From: Acidimicrobiaceae bacterium
Lineage (GTDB): Bacteria; Actinomycetota; Acidimicrobiia; Acidimicrobiales; RAAP-2
Direction of reading: 5' to 3'
NCBI GenBank assembly: GCA_027315315.1
Contig: DAHUYG010000049.1
Span: forward strand, 17,373 to 81,372
DNA: 64,000 nucleotides
A program made the position numbers and the translations under genes. Below, in pieces: positions 39,001-48,468 of the stretch (the first letter of the stretch is position 1; every line of letters starts with the position of its first letter). The notes beneath the pieces are model-generated. The model had not been told where the DNA came from, ran no database searches, and saw only the letters and a program-made list of their open reading frames with translations.

Positions 39001-39624
39001 TCATGCCGAGCGACGGTTCTTCCGCCGGTCGGGATCCGCCGATGCACCGTTGGCACGCTCGGCCTCAATCAAACGGTCGAGCCAGGCGATGTCCTGTTCG
39101 ACCCCTTCTGCGATGTGCTCCGCGACCGAACGCGCATACTCGTCGAGCGCTCCGTCGTCGGCTTGGGGGATCTCGGCCTGTTGGCCGATGAGCTGGGCCC
39201 GTCGGCGCTCCATCAACCCGAGCCGGTCGGCGGGCTCCATGTGGCGGGCCAACGAGAGGCGAAGGGTGAAGCTGCGGGCGTCGTCGGCCGCCGGGTCGGT
39301 CAGCCGGGCAAGGAAGAACTGACGCCCGGTCGGGGTGATCCGGTAGACCTTGCGCGACCGGCGCCCCCGCGACGATGTCCGTCGCCGCGCCCGCATGGCG
39401 GCCCGCTCTCCGCTCAACGAGCCCGTCGGGGGGGCGACCGCGAGCTGGGGCGCCGGCTCGACGGTGGCCACCGCTCCGCTCGCCTCGAGCCGAGAGAGGG
39501 CGGGATAGATCGATCCGAACGAGACGTTGGCGAGCAGACCGAACTGCGTCCGGAGACGCTTGCGGAGCTCGTAGCCGTGCTGGGGTCCCTCGTCCAACAG
39601 GCCCAGGAGCGCCAGATCCAACAT
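39001..39624 (-). CDS. PadR-family transcriptional regulator
   Basis: [21 protein letters not shown]......[17 protein letters not shown]. Start at ATG 39624. Lies upstream of ino1, as in Rv0047c-Rv0046c. Confidence 0.85.
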   Translation of the reverse strand: MLDLALLGLLDEGPQHGYELRKRLRTQFGLLANVSFGSIYPALSRLEASGAVATVEPAPQLAVAPPTGSLSGERAAMRARRRTSSRGRRSRKVYRITPTGRQFFLARLTDPAADDARSFTLRLSLARHMEPADRLGLMERRRAQLIGQQAEIPQADDGALDEYARSVAEHIAEGVEQDIAWLDRLIEAERANGASADPDRRKNRRSA

Positions 39625-39633
39625 CGCGAGGAC

Positions 39634-39650
39634 TATATCGCTTCGATATA
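39634..39650. promoter_or_regulatory. AT-rich inverted repeat TATATCG-ctt-CGATATA, candidate PadR operator / promoter element
   Basis: 7-bp perfect arms, 10 nt upstream of the padR start codon, in an otherwise GC-rich spacer. Confidence 0.4.
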
Positions 39651-40014
39651 ACGACGCAAGCGCGAATTTCCCCCGATGGGCGTGATTTCGGTGGGTTTGG
39701 GCAGTTCCCAGTGGCATGGATTGGGACTGCCCCACCTGGGGATGCCACGGCCGGCTGTCCACCGAGGCCCAACCGCGCTCGGGCCAGTTCACCTGGTGCG
39801 AACGCTGGCCCGGCACCCAGGCCGACCATTGCGGGCGGCGGATGCGCTGGGACGCCGCGAGGGAGGTATGGCGCCCGGTGCGGACGGTCGACCCACCCCC
39901 GCGTGCCGACCTGGGGCGGGCATTTCGCCGCCGGCCCTCGGGTCGCCTCGGGGTCGGGGCGATCGCCCCCGGTGGAGGTCTCGGCCACGGGGGGCAGGGC
40001 TAGCCTGTCTGTCC

Positions 40015-40446
40015 ATGACGTTGTCCCAGGGCCCCGGCGCGCCGAAGGCGGCTGACGTCCCCAGCGAGGCCGATGTCGAGTACCGGCTCGTGCGCAACGC
40101 CGTGGTTCGCGACGTCCAGAAGGGCAGGCTCGGGCGCGAGGACGTCTGCGATGCCCACCCCGAGCTGCTCCGGGCCGCCCGCAACGTCGGTAAGCCGCTG
40201 GAAGAGCGCTGCCCGATCTGCGAGGCCGCCGATACCGTCGAGGTGACCTACGTCTTCGGGTCCCGGTTGCCGCCCGGCGGCCTGTGCCCGGGCAGCTCCA
40301 AGGAGCTCAACCGGCTTCGCCGCCGCAGTGAGCCGGTGCTCTGTTACGACGTCGAGGTCTGCCCGGAGTGTGCGTGGCACCACCTCACGCGCAAGTACCC
40401 GGCCGGGGGAGGGCGAGAAGGGTGGCGGACCGGGCGGGCGCGGTGA
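40015..40446 (+). CDS. Cys4 zinc-ribbon-like protein, Rv0049/DUF5318-like (as recalled)
   Basis: 143 aa from ATG 40015. Two CxxC pairs (CPICEA ... CPECAWHH). Divergent from padR-ino1. The listed ORF 39676 has a junk N-terminus. Confidence 0.65.
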   Translation: MTLSQGPGAPKAADVPSEADVEYRLVRNAVVRDVQKGRLGREDVCDAHPELLRAARNVGKPLEERCPICEAADTVEVTYVFGSRLPPGGLCPGSSKELNRLRRRSEPVLCYDVEVCPECAWHHLTRKYPAGGGREGWRTGRAR

Positions 40447-41297
40447 GCCCGCGGCCCAACGCCCGGACGATCCGAACGCGCAAGCGCAGCGCCGGGGCAG
40501 AGCCCCTGGTCATGCTCACCGCCTACGACCAACCGAGCGCATCGATCGTCTCGGCGGCGGGGGTCGATCTTCTCCTGGTGGGCGACAGCGTGGGCGACAA
40601 CGTCCTTGGCTTCGACGACACGCTGCACGTGACGATCGAGGACATGGAGCACCACGTGGCGGCGGTCGCCCGGGCCAAGCCCGACTGTCTGATCGTGGGC
40701 GACCTGCCTTGGATGAGCTACCACGTGAGCGTCGAGCAGGCCGTCACCAACGCCGCCCGGCTCATCCGCGCCGGGGCCGGATGCGTCAAGCTCGAGGGAG
40801 GTCGAAAGCGTGTGCCGGCCATCGAGGCGATCGTCAACGCCGAGATCCCGGTCATGGGGCACATCGGGCTGACGCCGCAGTCGGTGCATGCAATGGGGGG
40901 GATGCGGGTCCAGGGCCGCGAGGTGGACGCGGCGACTGCCCTGATCGCCGACGCGACGGCCATCGCAGCGGCGGGTTGCTTCGCGATAGTGATCGAGGGC
41001 GTCCCCGACGCCGTCGGATCGGCGGTCACCAAGGCGGTGGACGTGCCGACCATCGGCATCGGTGCGGGCCCCGGCTGCGACGGGCAGGTGCTCGTCTTCC
41101 ATGACGTGCTCGGACTCGGCACGAAGCGGGTGGCCAAATTCGTCCGCCAGTACGCCAATCTTGCCGAGGACGCGACCAAGGCGCTCACCGCCTTCGCCTC
41201 CGACGTGCGCTCGGGGGCCTTCCCGACCGAGGCGGAGAGCTACGAGTCCTCCGAGGAGCTGCGCCAGGCCATCGGGTCCGACGGCACGGCCCGCTGA
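40443..41297 (+). CDS. panB: 3-methyl-2-oxobutanoate hydroxymethyltransferase
   Basis: MLTAYD, LLVGDSVG....G...T..VT..DM..H and VKLEGG. The GTG at 40443 overlaps the upstream stop (GTGA). Confidence 0.93.
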   Translation: MSPRPNARTIRTRKRSAGAEPLVMLTAYDQPSASIVSAAGVDLLLVGDSVGDNVLGFDDTLHVTIEDMEHHVAAVARAKPDCLIVGDLPWMSYHVSVEQAVTNAARLIRAGAGCVKLEGGRKRVPAIEAIVNAEIPVMGHIGLTPQSVHAMGGMRVQGREVDAATALIADATAIAAAGCFAIVIEGVPDAVGSAVTKAVDVPTIGIGAGPGCDGQVLVFHDVLGLGTKRVAKFVRQYANLAEDATKALTAFASDVRSGAFPTEAESYESSEELRQAIGSDGTAR

Positions 41298-41484
41298 CCC
41301 GGACCCCCGGCGGGCCACGGACCGGCGGCGCCTCGGACCCGCACCGGCCGGCCGGCGGGGGCGGGTGGTGGAGTAGGCTTTCCTACGCCGATCGGCGCCC
41401 CTCGGGGCGCGACCGATCACCCTGCTCCGCATCGTGCGGGGCCCGGAAGCCAACCGGCGCCGGTCCAGAGGGAGGTGAGGCCGG

Positions 41485-41832
41485 ATGCGGCCCTATGAAG
41501 CCATGGTCATCTTCGACGCCGGCGCCGATCCGTCGGCGATCCAGGGCGTGGTCGACCGGACGCTCGAGACGATCCGTTCGTCGGGCGGCAACCCCGGCAC
41601 CGTCGAGCGCTGGGGCCGTCGGCCCTTCGCCTACGAGGTCAAGCACCGGCGGGAGGGTTACTACGTCCTGATAGAGCTGGCGGGGGAGCCCCAGACCGTC
41701 AACGCCCTCGACCGGTTGCTGTCACTCGCTGATGAGGTCATCCGTCACAAGGTCATCCGGCTGCCCGACCGGGTCGCCGGCCGTCCGCGGGGGCTGGACG
41801 CCCCCGAACCCTCGGCCAGCCCGGTCGGCTGA
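41485..41832 (+). CDS. rpsF: 30S ribosomal protein S6
   Basis: MRPYEAMVIFDA........WGRR.FAYE...H.EGYYVL. Confidence 0.95.
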   Translation: MRPYEAMVIFDAGADPSAIQGVVDRTLETIRSSGGNPGTVERWGRRPFAYEVKHRREGYYVLIELAGEPQTVNALDRLLSLADEVIRHKVIRLPDRVAGRPRGLDAPEPSASPVG

Positions 41833-41862
41833 GCCGGAACGACGCGAAGAAGGAGAGAAACC

Positions 41863-42312
41863 ATGGCCACCGACAATGCCGTCGTGCTGGTGGGCAACGT
41901 CACCCGCGACCCCGAGCTCCGGTTCACCAACACGGGGCAGGCCACCGCCACCTTCGGGCTGGCCGTCAACCGCCGTTGGCAGAACCGCCAGACCCAGGAA
42001 TGGGAGGAGGCGACGAGCTTCTTCGACGTCGTGTGCTGGCGGGAGATGGCGGAGAACGTGAGCGAGTCCTTGACGCGTGGCGCGCGGGTGATGGTCGCCG
42101 GCCGCCTCGAACAGCGCTCCTGGGAGTCCCAGGAGGGCGAGCGCCGATCCAAGGTGGAGGTCGTCGCGGACGAGGTGGGACCCTCGTTGCGGTGGGCGAC
42201 CGCCCAGGTGACGAAGAACGACCGCCGGGGGCCGAGTGACGGCGCGGCGCGCGGCGGGCAGTCGCGGGCGCCGGCCCAGCCGAGCTACTCCCAAGAAGAG
42301 GAGCCCTTCTGA
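41863..42312 (+). CDS. ssb: single-stranded DNA-binding protein
   Basis: OB fold ([28 protein letters not shown]), Gly/Arg-rich tail and acidic tip EEEPF. Confidence 0.95.
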   Translation: MATDNAVVLVGNVTRDPELRFTNTGQATATFGLAVNRRWQNRQTQEWEEATSFFDVVCWREMAENVSESLTRGARVMVAGRLEQRSWESQEGERRSKVEVVADEVGPSLRWATAQVTKNDRRGPSDGAARGGQSRAPAQPSYSQEEEPF

Positions 42313-42788
42313 TGGCAAGAGGAAACCTCCGCACCACGAGCACCCGGCGGGCGACCAAGGATGCCGGGCGCCGTGTGAAGAAGAAGCCCTGCGCGCTGTG
42401 CCGCGACAACATCGAGTGGGTCGACTACAAGGACGTCGGCATGCTGCGCAAGTACATGAGCGACCGCGGCAAGATTCGGGCCCGAAGGGTGACCGGGAAC
42501 TGCGCGCAGCACCAGCGCGGCATCGCCCTCGCGATCAAGACGGCGCGTGAGCTCGTGCTCCTTCCCTACACCCAGCGCACCGTCACCGAGCGCCCCGGCG
42601 CCCGTGGCGGCGGACGGGGTGGGCGCGGACCGGGTGGACGCCCACGCGGCGGCGACGCCGAGGAGTCCGCACCCGAGGCACCCCCCGATGTCGAGGCAGC
42701 CACCGAGATGGACGCCAGCGGGGTTGGCACACCGGAGGCCGAGACGCCCTCTGTCGATGCCGTCGTGAGCGAGGAGGAGACCACCTGA
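42312..42788 (+). CDS. rpsR: 30S ribosomal protein S18 with ~70-aa RGG/acidic C-terminal extension
   Basis: S18 core: C.LCRD......[43 protein letters not shown]. This is followed by [19 protein letters not shown] and an acidic tail. The start overlaps the ssb stop (TGATG). Confidence 0.9.
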   Translation: MARGNLRTTSTRRATKDAGRRVKKKPCALCRDNIEWVDYKDVGMLRKYMSDRGKIRARRVTGNCAQHQRGIALAIKTARELVLLPYTQRTVTERPGARGGGRGGRGPGGRPRGGDAEESAPEAPPDVEAATEMDASGVGTPEAETPSVDAVVSEEETT

Positions 42789-43237
42789 TGCGTGTCCTGC
42801 TTCGCGACGACGTCCAGGGAATCGGGCGGCGAGGGGACATCGTCAACGTCGCCGACGGCTACGCGCGCAATTTTCTCTTCCCCTCGGGGCACGCGCTCCG
42901 GGCGACGGTGGGAATGGAGGGCCAGGCCGGCTCGATGCGCCGGGCACGTGACCTGCGCCACGCCCAGAGCGAGGAGGCTGCCCGCGTGCAGGCCGAAGCC
43001 CTGCGCGACGCCACGATCACGATCGAGGCGCGCGCCGGGGGGACGGGCCGGCTCTTCGGTTCGGTCGGCTCCCAGGAGATTGCCGAGGCGATCGCCGCCC
43101 AGAAGGGCGTCGAGCTCAACCGCGAGGCGATCGCCCTCGCCGAGCCGATCAAATCCGTCGGTACGACCGAGGTGCCGATCGCACTCTTCGGCGACGTGTC
43201 GGTGAGCGTGTCCGTGGAGGTCACCGCAGCCAGCTGA
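42788..43237 (+). CDS. rplI: 50S ribosomal protein L9
   Basis: [33 protein letters not shown]. Confidence 0.95.
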   Translation: MRVLLRDDVQGIGRRGDIVNVADGYARNFLFPSGHALRATVGMEGQAGSMRRARDLRHAQSEEAARVQAEALRDATITIEARAGGTGRLFGSVGSQEIAEAIAAQKGVELNREAIALAEPIKSVGTTEVPIALFGDVSVSVSVEVTAAS

Positions 43238-43461
43238 GCCGAGGGTCCGATCGGACCGTCGGCCCCGATGTCACACCCGGTGGTCACGGTTGGCACCGTG
43301 CCCCACCGACGCCCCAGATGCCCGCTGCTGGGGCTCCCCCGCCCGTGGTCCACCGGTCCGCCGAGATGTCCACAGCTTTGGCCACAGGGTCGACCTGGGG
43401 TTTCACCCGCAAAATCCCCAGGCTTTCCGTCTATCCCTTCACAGGCTGGAGGGATCAGGTT

Positions 43462-44850
43462 GTGAGGACCATGGTGCAGGCCCTCGACGACGCACGGCCC
43501 CGTCCAATCCGGCCGTCTGTCGGGGTGGCGAGGATCCCGCCCCACAACCTCGAGGCCGAGGAGTCGCTCCTCGGCGCCATGCTCCTTTCGGCCGACGCGA
43601 CGGCGGCGGCCATCGAGATCTGCGGGGCGGAGGACTTCTACAAGCCCGCCCACGGACACATCTTCGGCGCGATCGTCGCCCTGTTCGAGCGGGGCGAGGC
43701 GATCGACGCGATCACCGTCCGAGACGAACTGACCCGATCGGGGTTAATCGACTCCGTCGGGGATCCCGCCATGCTGGTGTCGCTCCAGGCGAACACCCCC
43801 TCGATCGCCAACGCCGCGCACTACGCCCGGATCGTCGAGGAGCACGCGCTGCTCCGCCGGATGATCGGCGTTGCCGGCGAGATCGCCGAGATCGGCTACG
43901 GCGTACCCGAGGACGTCCAGGGTGCGATCGACGAGATGGAGGCGAAGGTCTTCGGCGTCGCGCAGCGGCGGACGACCGACACGATCAAGTCCCTTCACGA
44001 GGTGCTCCTGCCGGCCCTCGACCGCATCGAGGAGCTCGGTCACGCCGGCAGCGATCTGACGGGGATCGCAACCGGCTACACGGACCTCGACAAGATCCTG
44101 GCCGGACTGCAACCCTCGACTCTCACCATCGTCGGAGCCCGACCGGCGGTCGGTAAGACGAGCTTCGCGCTGGGGATCCTCGCCAACGTCGGGATCAACC
44201 TCCAGAAGCCCAGCCTTCTCTTCTCCCTCGAGATGGGGCACTTCGAGCTGTGCCAGCGGCTGCTCGCCTCCGAGGCCAGGGTGGACGGTCAGCGCGTCCG
44301 CACGGGGCGGCTGCAGGACGCCGACTATCAGAAGCTCGGGGTCGCGGTGAGCCGGCTCGACAGCGCCCGTATCTTCATCGACGACAATCCGGCACTTACC
44401 GTCATGGACATCCGGGCAAGGGCGCGGCGGCTCCGCAAGAGCGAGGGCGAGCTCGGCGTGGTGATGGTCGACTATCTGCAGCTCATGTCGGGCCGAGCAC
44501 GGGCCGAGAACCGTCAGGTCGAGGTGGCCGAGATCAGCCGGAGCCTGAAGATCCTTGCTCGCGAGCTCGAGACCCCGGTGATCGCGTTGTCCCAGCTCTC
44601 GAGGAGCCTCGAGTCCCGCCAGGACAAGCGCCCCATGCTGTCGGACCTGCGCGAGTCGGGCTCGCTCGAGCAGGACGCCGATGTCGTGCTGTTCCTCTAC
44701 CGCGAGGAGCAATACGACCCCGACATTCCGATCGAGCGTCGGGGGGACGCCGAGGTCATCGTGGCCAAGCACCGCAACGGGCCGACCGGATCGGTGCACC
44801 TCGCCTTCTTGAGCCAATATGCGCGCTTCGAGAACATGTCGAGGGTCTGA
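43462..44850 (+). CDS. dnaB: replicative DNA helicase DnaB (no intein)
   Basis: PPHNLEAEESLLGAML, Walker A GARPAVGKTSFAL, VMVDYLQLM and LSQLSRSLE. Start is GTG 43462 (GGAGGG 8 nt upstream) or ATG 43471; the listed ORF begins at 43318. Confidence 0.95.
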   Translation: MRTMVQALDDARPRPIRPSVGVARIPPHNLEAEESLLGAMLLSADATAAAIEICGAEDFYKPAHGHIFGAIVALFERGEAIDAITVRDELTRSGLIDSVGDPAMLVSLQANTPSIANAAHYARIVEEHALLRRMIGVAGEIAEIGYGVPEDVQGAIDEMEAKVFGVAQRRTTDTIKSLHEVLLPALDRIEELGHAGSDLTGIATGYTDLDKILAGLQPSTLTIVGARPAVGKTSFALGILANVGINLQKPSLLFSLEMGHFELCQRLLASEARVDGQRVRTGRLQDADYQKLGVAVSRLDSARIFIDDNPALTVMDIRARARRLRKSEGELGVVMVDYLQLMSGRARAENRQVEVAEISRSLKILARELETPVIALSQLSRSLESRQDKRPMLSDLRESGSLEQDADVVLFLYREEQYDPDIPIERRGDAEVIVAKHRNGPTGSVHLAFLSQYARFENMSRV

Positions 44851-44886
44851 CACCGGCCACGTCCACCCGTCGCTCCGGGGGGCCGT

Positions 44887-46185
44887 TCACGGTTTGGCGA
44901 GGCCGTCCTCGGAGACCGGGCCGAGCGACATGGCGTCGCCCGGAGCCGACGGTGGAGCGAGGCCGCTTGCCCGGTGCCTCGCGAACACCGGCATCGTCAG
45001 GCCCAGGACGACCGCACCGACGACGCAGGCGATCCCACCCGAGACGACCGAGAACTGCGTCCCCGCGAGCGAGGCCACGCCGCCCGACTCAAGGTCCCCG
45101 ACCCTCGGTCCGCCCTGGACCACCGCCAGCTGGATGGCGATGATCCGGCTACGTAACTGCTCGGAGACGATAGTCTGAAAGATCGTGTTGCGTAGCACCG
45201 CCGAGATGACGTCGGCCCATCCGGCGACCGCCAGGAGCACCACGGCGATCCACAGCACGCGGCAGAACCCGAACGCGGTGATGGCGGCGCCCCAGATGAC
45301 GACGGCCAGGATGACGGCGCGGCCGCGCCGGTCGATGGCGTTCACCCAGCCGGTGGTGAGCGCGCCGAGCAGCGCGCCGATGCCGGGGGCAGCGAAGAGG
45401 TAGCCGACGACGCTCGGCCCGCCGTGGAGGACGGTCAGCCCGATCGCGGGGAAGAGCGCCCTCGGCATCCCGAAGACCATCGCGTTGATGTCGATGAGGT
45501 AGGCACCCTGCATCACCTGGCGGCCGCGCAGGAACCTGACGCCGTCGACGATCGAGCGCAGCCCGGGCGGGTCGGCGCCGGCGACGGGGGGAATCGGTCG
45601 CATCATCGCCGTGACGACGATGGCGCCCAGGTAGGTGATCGCATCGATGCCGTAGACCCATGCCACCCCGGTGTGCCCGATGAGCACGCCGGCAACCGCC
45701 GGTCCGGCCACCGAGCCGACCTGGTAGAGGACCTGGAGGAACGACAGCGCGGCCACCAGGTTGGCGTGCCCCACCAGTTGGGGGACGATCGAGTTGCGGG
45801 CCGGGTTGGCGAAACCGGTGAGGCCGGCGGCGACGGCGCTGATCGCGTAGAGCGCCCACAGCGCCGGGTGGGCACCGAGCGAGTTGATGGCTAGTGCGCC
45901 GCTCGAGAGGGCGAGCGCGCCGCTCGAGACGAGCAGCAGAAGACGGCGGTCGATGGCGTCGCCGACCGAGCCCCCGATGAGCGAGCCGATGACGAGCGGG
46001 ATCAGCTGGACGATGCTGATCGCCCCGACCTGGAACGACGAGTGGGTCTGCGCGTAGACCTGAAACGGGATCGCGACGACGGTCAGCTGCGAGCCGACGG
46101 TGGAGACGAGCTGCCCGATGAAGAGCAGCCGGAAGTCCCGGCTTTCGCGCAGCGGCGCCGGGTCGACCAGGATCCGCCGCGCCAT
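44887..46185 (-). CDS. MFS transporter
   Basis: 432 aa with about 12 TM helices. N-terminus FRLLFIGQLVS.VG.QLT.VA.P.QVY is typical of the EntS/DUF894-like MFS group. Confidence 0.85.
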   Translation of the reverse strand: MARRILVDPAPLRESRDFRLLFIGQLVSTVGSQLTVVAIPFQVYAQTHSSFQVGAISIVQLIPLVIGSLIGGSVGDAIDRRLLLLVSSGALALSSGALAINSLGAHPALWALYAISAVAAGLTGFANPARNSIVPQLVGHANLVAALSFLQVLYQVGSVAGPAVAGVLIGHTGVAWVYGIDAITYLGAIVVTAMMRPIPPVAGADPPGLRSIVDGVRFLRGRQVMQGAYLIDINAMVFGMPRALFPAIGLTVLHGGPSVVGYLFAAPGIGALLGALTTGWVNAIDRRGRAVILAVVIWGAAITAFGFCRVLWIAVVLLAVAGWADVISAVLRNTIFQTIVSEQLRSRIIAIQLAVVQGGPRVGDLESGGVASLAGTQFSVVSGGIACVVGAVVLGLTMPVFARHRASGLAPPSAPGDAMSLGPVSEDGLAKP

Positions 46186-46219
46186 CGGCGCAGCCTACGA
46201 GCGTGTCGCCGACGGCCGG

Positions 46220-46906
46220 CTACGTGCGGCGCCGGCGCGCCGGGTAGCTGGCTGCGTAGGGGGGCAGCACGCTCGTCGCCGGCAGGTCGTCGTCGGGGAC
46301 CGCAGGTCGCGCCACCGCCTCGAAGGGGATCTGGCCCGCCCAGACGGCGCTCGAGAGGTCGTCCTCCTCGTCCTTCGGGCCACCGGTGCGGATCTTGGCG
46401 GCGCCCTCGTCGATCGGGAACCGGACGATCAGCGTCGAGCGCAGCTCGGAGGGGCTCGGCGGCCGCGCGTCGGCACTGCGCCCCGGCGCCATGTGGTCGA
46501 GCAGCGCTGCGCTCGCCAGCAGCTTCTCGTCGTCGTCCTCGACCGGGCACCCGCTCCCGAAGAGCATCACGCAGCGGTAGTTCATCGAGTGATGGAAGGC
46601 CGAGCGGGCGAGCACCAGGGCATCGAGCAGGGTCACGGTGATGCACGCGGGGACGCCGCTCGCGAGCAGCCGTAGCGTCCGATTGCCGGGTGCCCCGTGG
46701 AGGTAGAGCCGTTCGCCCACACGCGCGTAGGCCATGGGAGTCACGACCGGGGTGTCGCCGTCTTCGACCCCGACGTGGCAGAGCAGCCCCTCGTCCAGGA
46801 TCGCTTCGACCACCGCCCTCTCGTGGGTGCCACGCTCCTTCAGCCGCCGCAGCGTCGAGCGGTCGGTGAGCGCGAGCCCGGCGGTCTCCTCAGGAACTGG
46901 CGGCAC
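46220..46906 (-). CDS. pyridoxamine 5'-phosphate oxidase-fold flavin-binding protein
   Basis: T.LRRLKERG..ER..V.AILDEGL.CHVG.......V.P..YARVGERLYLHG fits the Pyridox_ox_2-type pattern. The 5' 17 nt overlap the bcp 3' end. Confidence 0.75.
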   Translation of the reverse strand: MPPVPEETAGLALTDRSTLRRLKERGTHERAVVEAILDEGLLCHVGVEDGDTPVVTPMAYARVGERLYLHGAPGNRTLRLLASGVPACITVTLLDALVLARSAFHHSMNYRCVMLFGSGCPVEDDDEKLLASAALLDHMAPGRSADARPPSPSELRSTLIVRFPIDEGAAKIRTGGPKDEEDDLSSAVWAGQIPFEAVARPAVPDDDLPATSVLPPYAASYPARRRRT

Positions 46907-47351
46907 GGGAGCGGAGCACCTGCAGCGCCTTGTCGGCGTGCGAGGCGAAGGCGATCTCCGAGTGGATCGCCTCGAGCACCCGGCGGTCGGTGTCGATGAC
47001 GAAGGTCACGCGACGGTTGCCGAGCGCCGCGATCCTGCGCTTGACCCCGAACTGCTGAGCGACCTTCCCCTCGACGTCGGAAAGCAGCGGGTAGCCGAAG
47101 GAGTGCATGTCCGAGAATTTCTTCTGCTTCTCGACGGGGTCGGCGCTGATGCCGACGGGCTGGGCGCCCAGAGCAGCGAACTCCGCCCGGACGTCTCGGA
47201 AGTGGCAGCTCTCCTTGGTGCACCCGTAGGTCATGGCCCCCGGGTAGAAGAACAGGACCACCGGCCCCGTCGCCAGCAGGTCGCTCAACCGGCGGGAGCT
47301 GCCCGTCTCGTCGGGCAGCTCGAAGTCTTCGACGAACTCCCCCTTGCGCAC
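46890..47351 (-). CDS. bcp: thiol peroxidase / peroxiredoxin Bcp
   Basis: F.LPDETG.......L...PVVLFFYPGAMTYGCTKESC.FRD, with peroxidatic Cys in T.GCT. Confidence 0.9.
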   Translation of the reverse strand: MRKGEFVEDFELPDETGSSRRLSDLLATGPVVLFFYPGAMTYGCTKESCHFRDVRAEFAALGAQPVGISADPVEKQKKFSDMHSFGYPLLSDVEGKVAQQFGVKRRIAALGNRRVTFVIDTDRRVLEAIHSEIAFASHADKALQVLRSRAASS

Positions 47352-47400
47352 GTCGACGAGCGTACCGTGCGGGCCACCGGCGGGCCCGGTCGCGCCGACC

Positions 47401-48237
47401 CTAACCCTCGAAGCGGAACCCGACCCCGCGCACGGTCACGAGGTGGCGGGGGTTGGCGGGGTCGCGCTCGATCTTGCGACGGAGCCGCTTCATGTGCGTG
47501 TCGAGGGTCCGGGTGTCGGCGAGATCCTGGTCCCACCAGAGCCGGTCGATGCAGCGATCCCGGGTGACCACCTGGCCGGCGTGCGACATGAGGAGCGCGA
47601 GGAGATCGAACTCCTTGCGGGAGAGCTCGACGACCTGTCCGTCAACGGTCACCTCGCGGCGGCCGTTGTCGAGCCGGATCGGGCCGGCCTGGACGACGTC
47701 GTCGTGGGGGAGCAAGTTCGAGACGCCACCCCGGCGGAGCACGGCGCGCATACGGGCGACCAGCTCTCTTAGGCGGAAGGGCTTGGCCACGTAGTCCGAT
47801 GCACCGAGCTCGAGGCCCAGCACGACGTCGACCTCGGAGTCCTTCGCCGTCACCATGATGATCGGGACCGGGGCGAGCGCCCGCATGCGCTGGCACAATT
47901 CGACGCCGGACTGGTCCGGGAGCATCACGTCGACGAGGACGAGATCGGGATGGACGCGGTGAAACAGCTTGAGCGCCTCGTGCCCGTCGGCGGCGCACTC
48001 GACTGCGAACCCCTCCTGGGAGAGGCCGGAGGACAGCGCCTGACGATAGGACTCCTCGTCGTCGACGACGAGGACCACCGGCCGGGAGTCGCGCAGCGTT
48101 TGGCCGTCGCGAGGCTCGGCCACGACGCTCACCGCTCGGTTCCGGCTCGCATCGGAGAGGTGGGCGACGAGCGGGGAGGGGGGGCGGTCCCCGTCGTCGC
48201 CAGGGCGCCCGGGCTCCACGTTGCCCGGACGGCCCAT
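47401..48237 (-). CDS. OmpR-family response regulator (no adjacent sensor kinase)
   Basis: Receiver VLVVDDE...DLVLVDVMLPD..G..L......PIIMVTAKD and a winged-helix C-terminus LT.KEFDLL..L.......V.R..........D.RT.D.H...LR.K.E. The N-terminal ~45 aa are uncertain. Confidence 0.85.
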   Translation of the reverse strand: MGRPGNVEPGRPGDDGDRPPSPLVAHLSDASRNRAVSVVAEPRDGQTLRDSRPVVLVVDDEESYRQALSSGLSQEGFAVECAADGHEALKLFHRVHPDLVLVDVMLPDQSGVELCQRMRALAPVPIIMVTAKDSEVDVVLGLELGASDYVAKPFRLRELVARMRAVLRRGGVSNLLPHDDVVQAGPIRLDNGRREVTVDGQVVELSRKEFDLLALLMSHAGQVVTRDRCIDRLWWDQDLADTRTLDTHMKRLRRKIERDPANPRHLVTVRGVGFRFEG

Positions 48238-48468
48238 GGCTGGGCGCGCTCGACTGACTGATTGTCGTCAGCGCAGCTCGTGGCCATCAACAGGTACCGT
48301 ACGAGCGGGAGATGAACGACCCGCGATCCGACCGCAAACCTGAGGTGACCCCGAGATGAAATGTTGGGAACCGGCGCTCCACCGGTCGTCCGCAGGCGCC
48401 GGGTGTCCGGGGTGACGACGACGCCCGCGGGCTACGGGGACGGGGTCAAGCGCCGGGCTCAGGTCGCC

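Noticed and set aside
43399-43414. parS-like GGTTTCACCCGCAAAA in the rplI-dnaB spacer
   Set aside because: It matches the parS consensus at only ~11/16, and the central palindrome is destroyed.
43744-44853. 369-aa minus-strand ORF
   Set aside because: It is an antisense shadow of dnaB.
47401-48237. Orphan OmpR-type regulator as the GlnR that would bind the amt GlnR box
   Set aside because: Its receiver looks like a conventional phospho-accepting one and the flanking genes are redox-related. From sequence alone there is no basis for equating it with GlnR.
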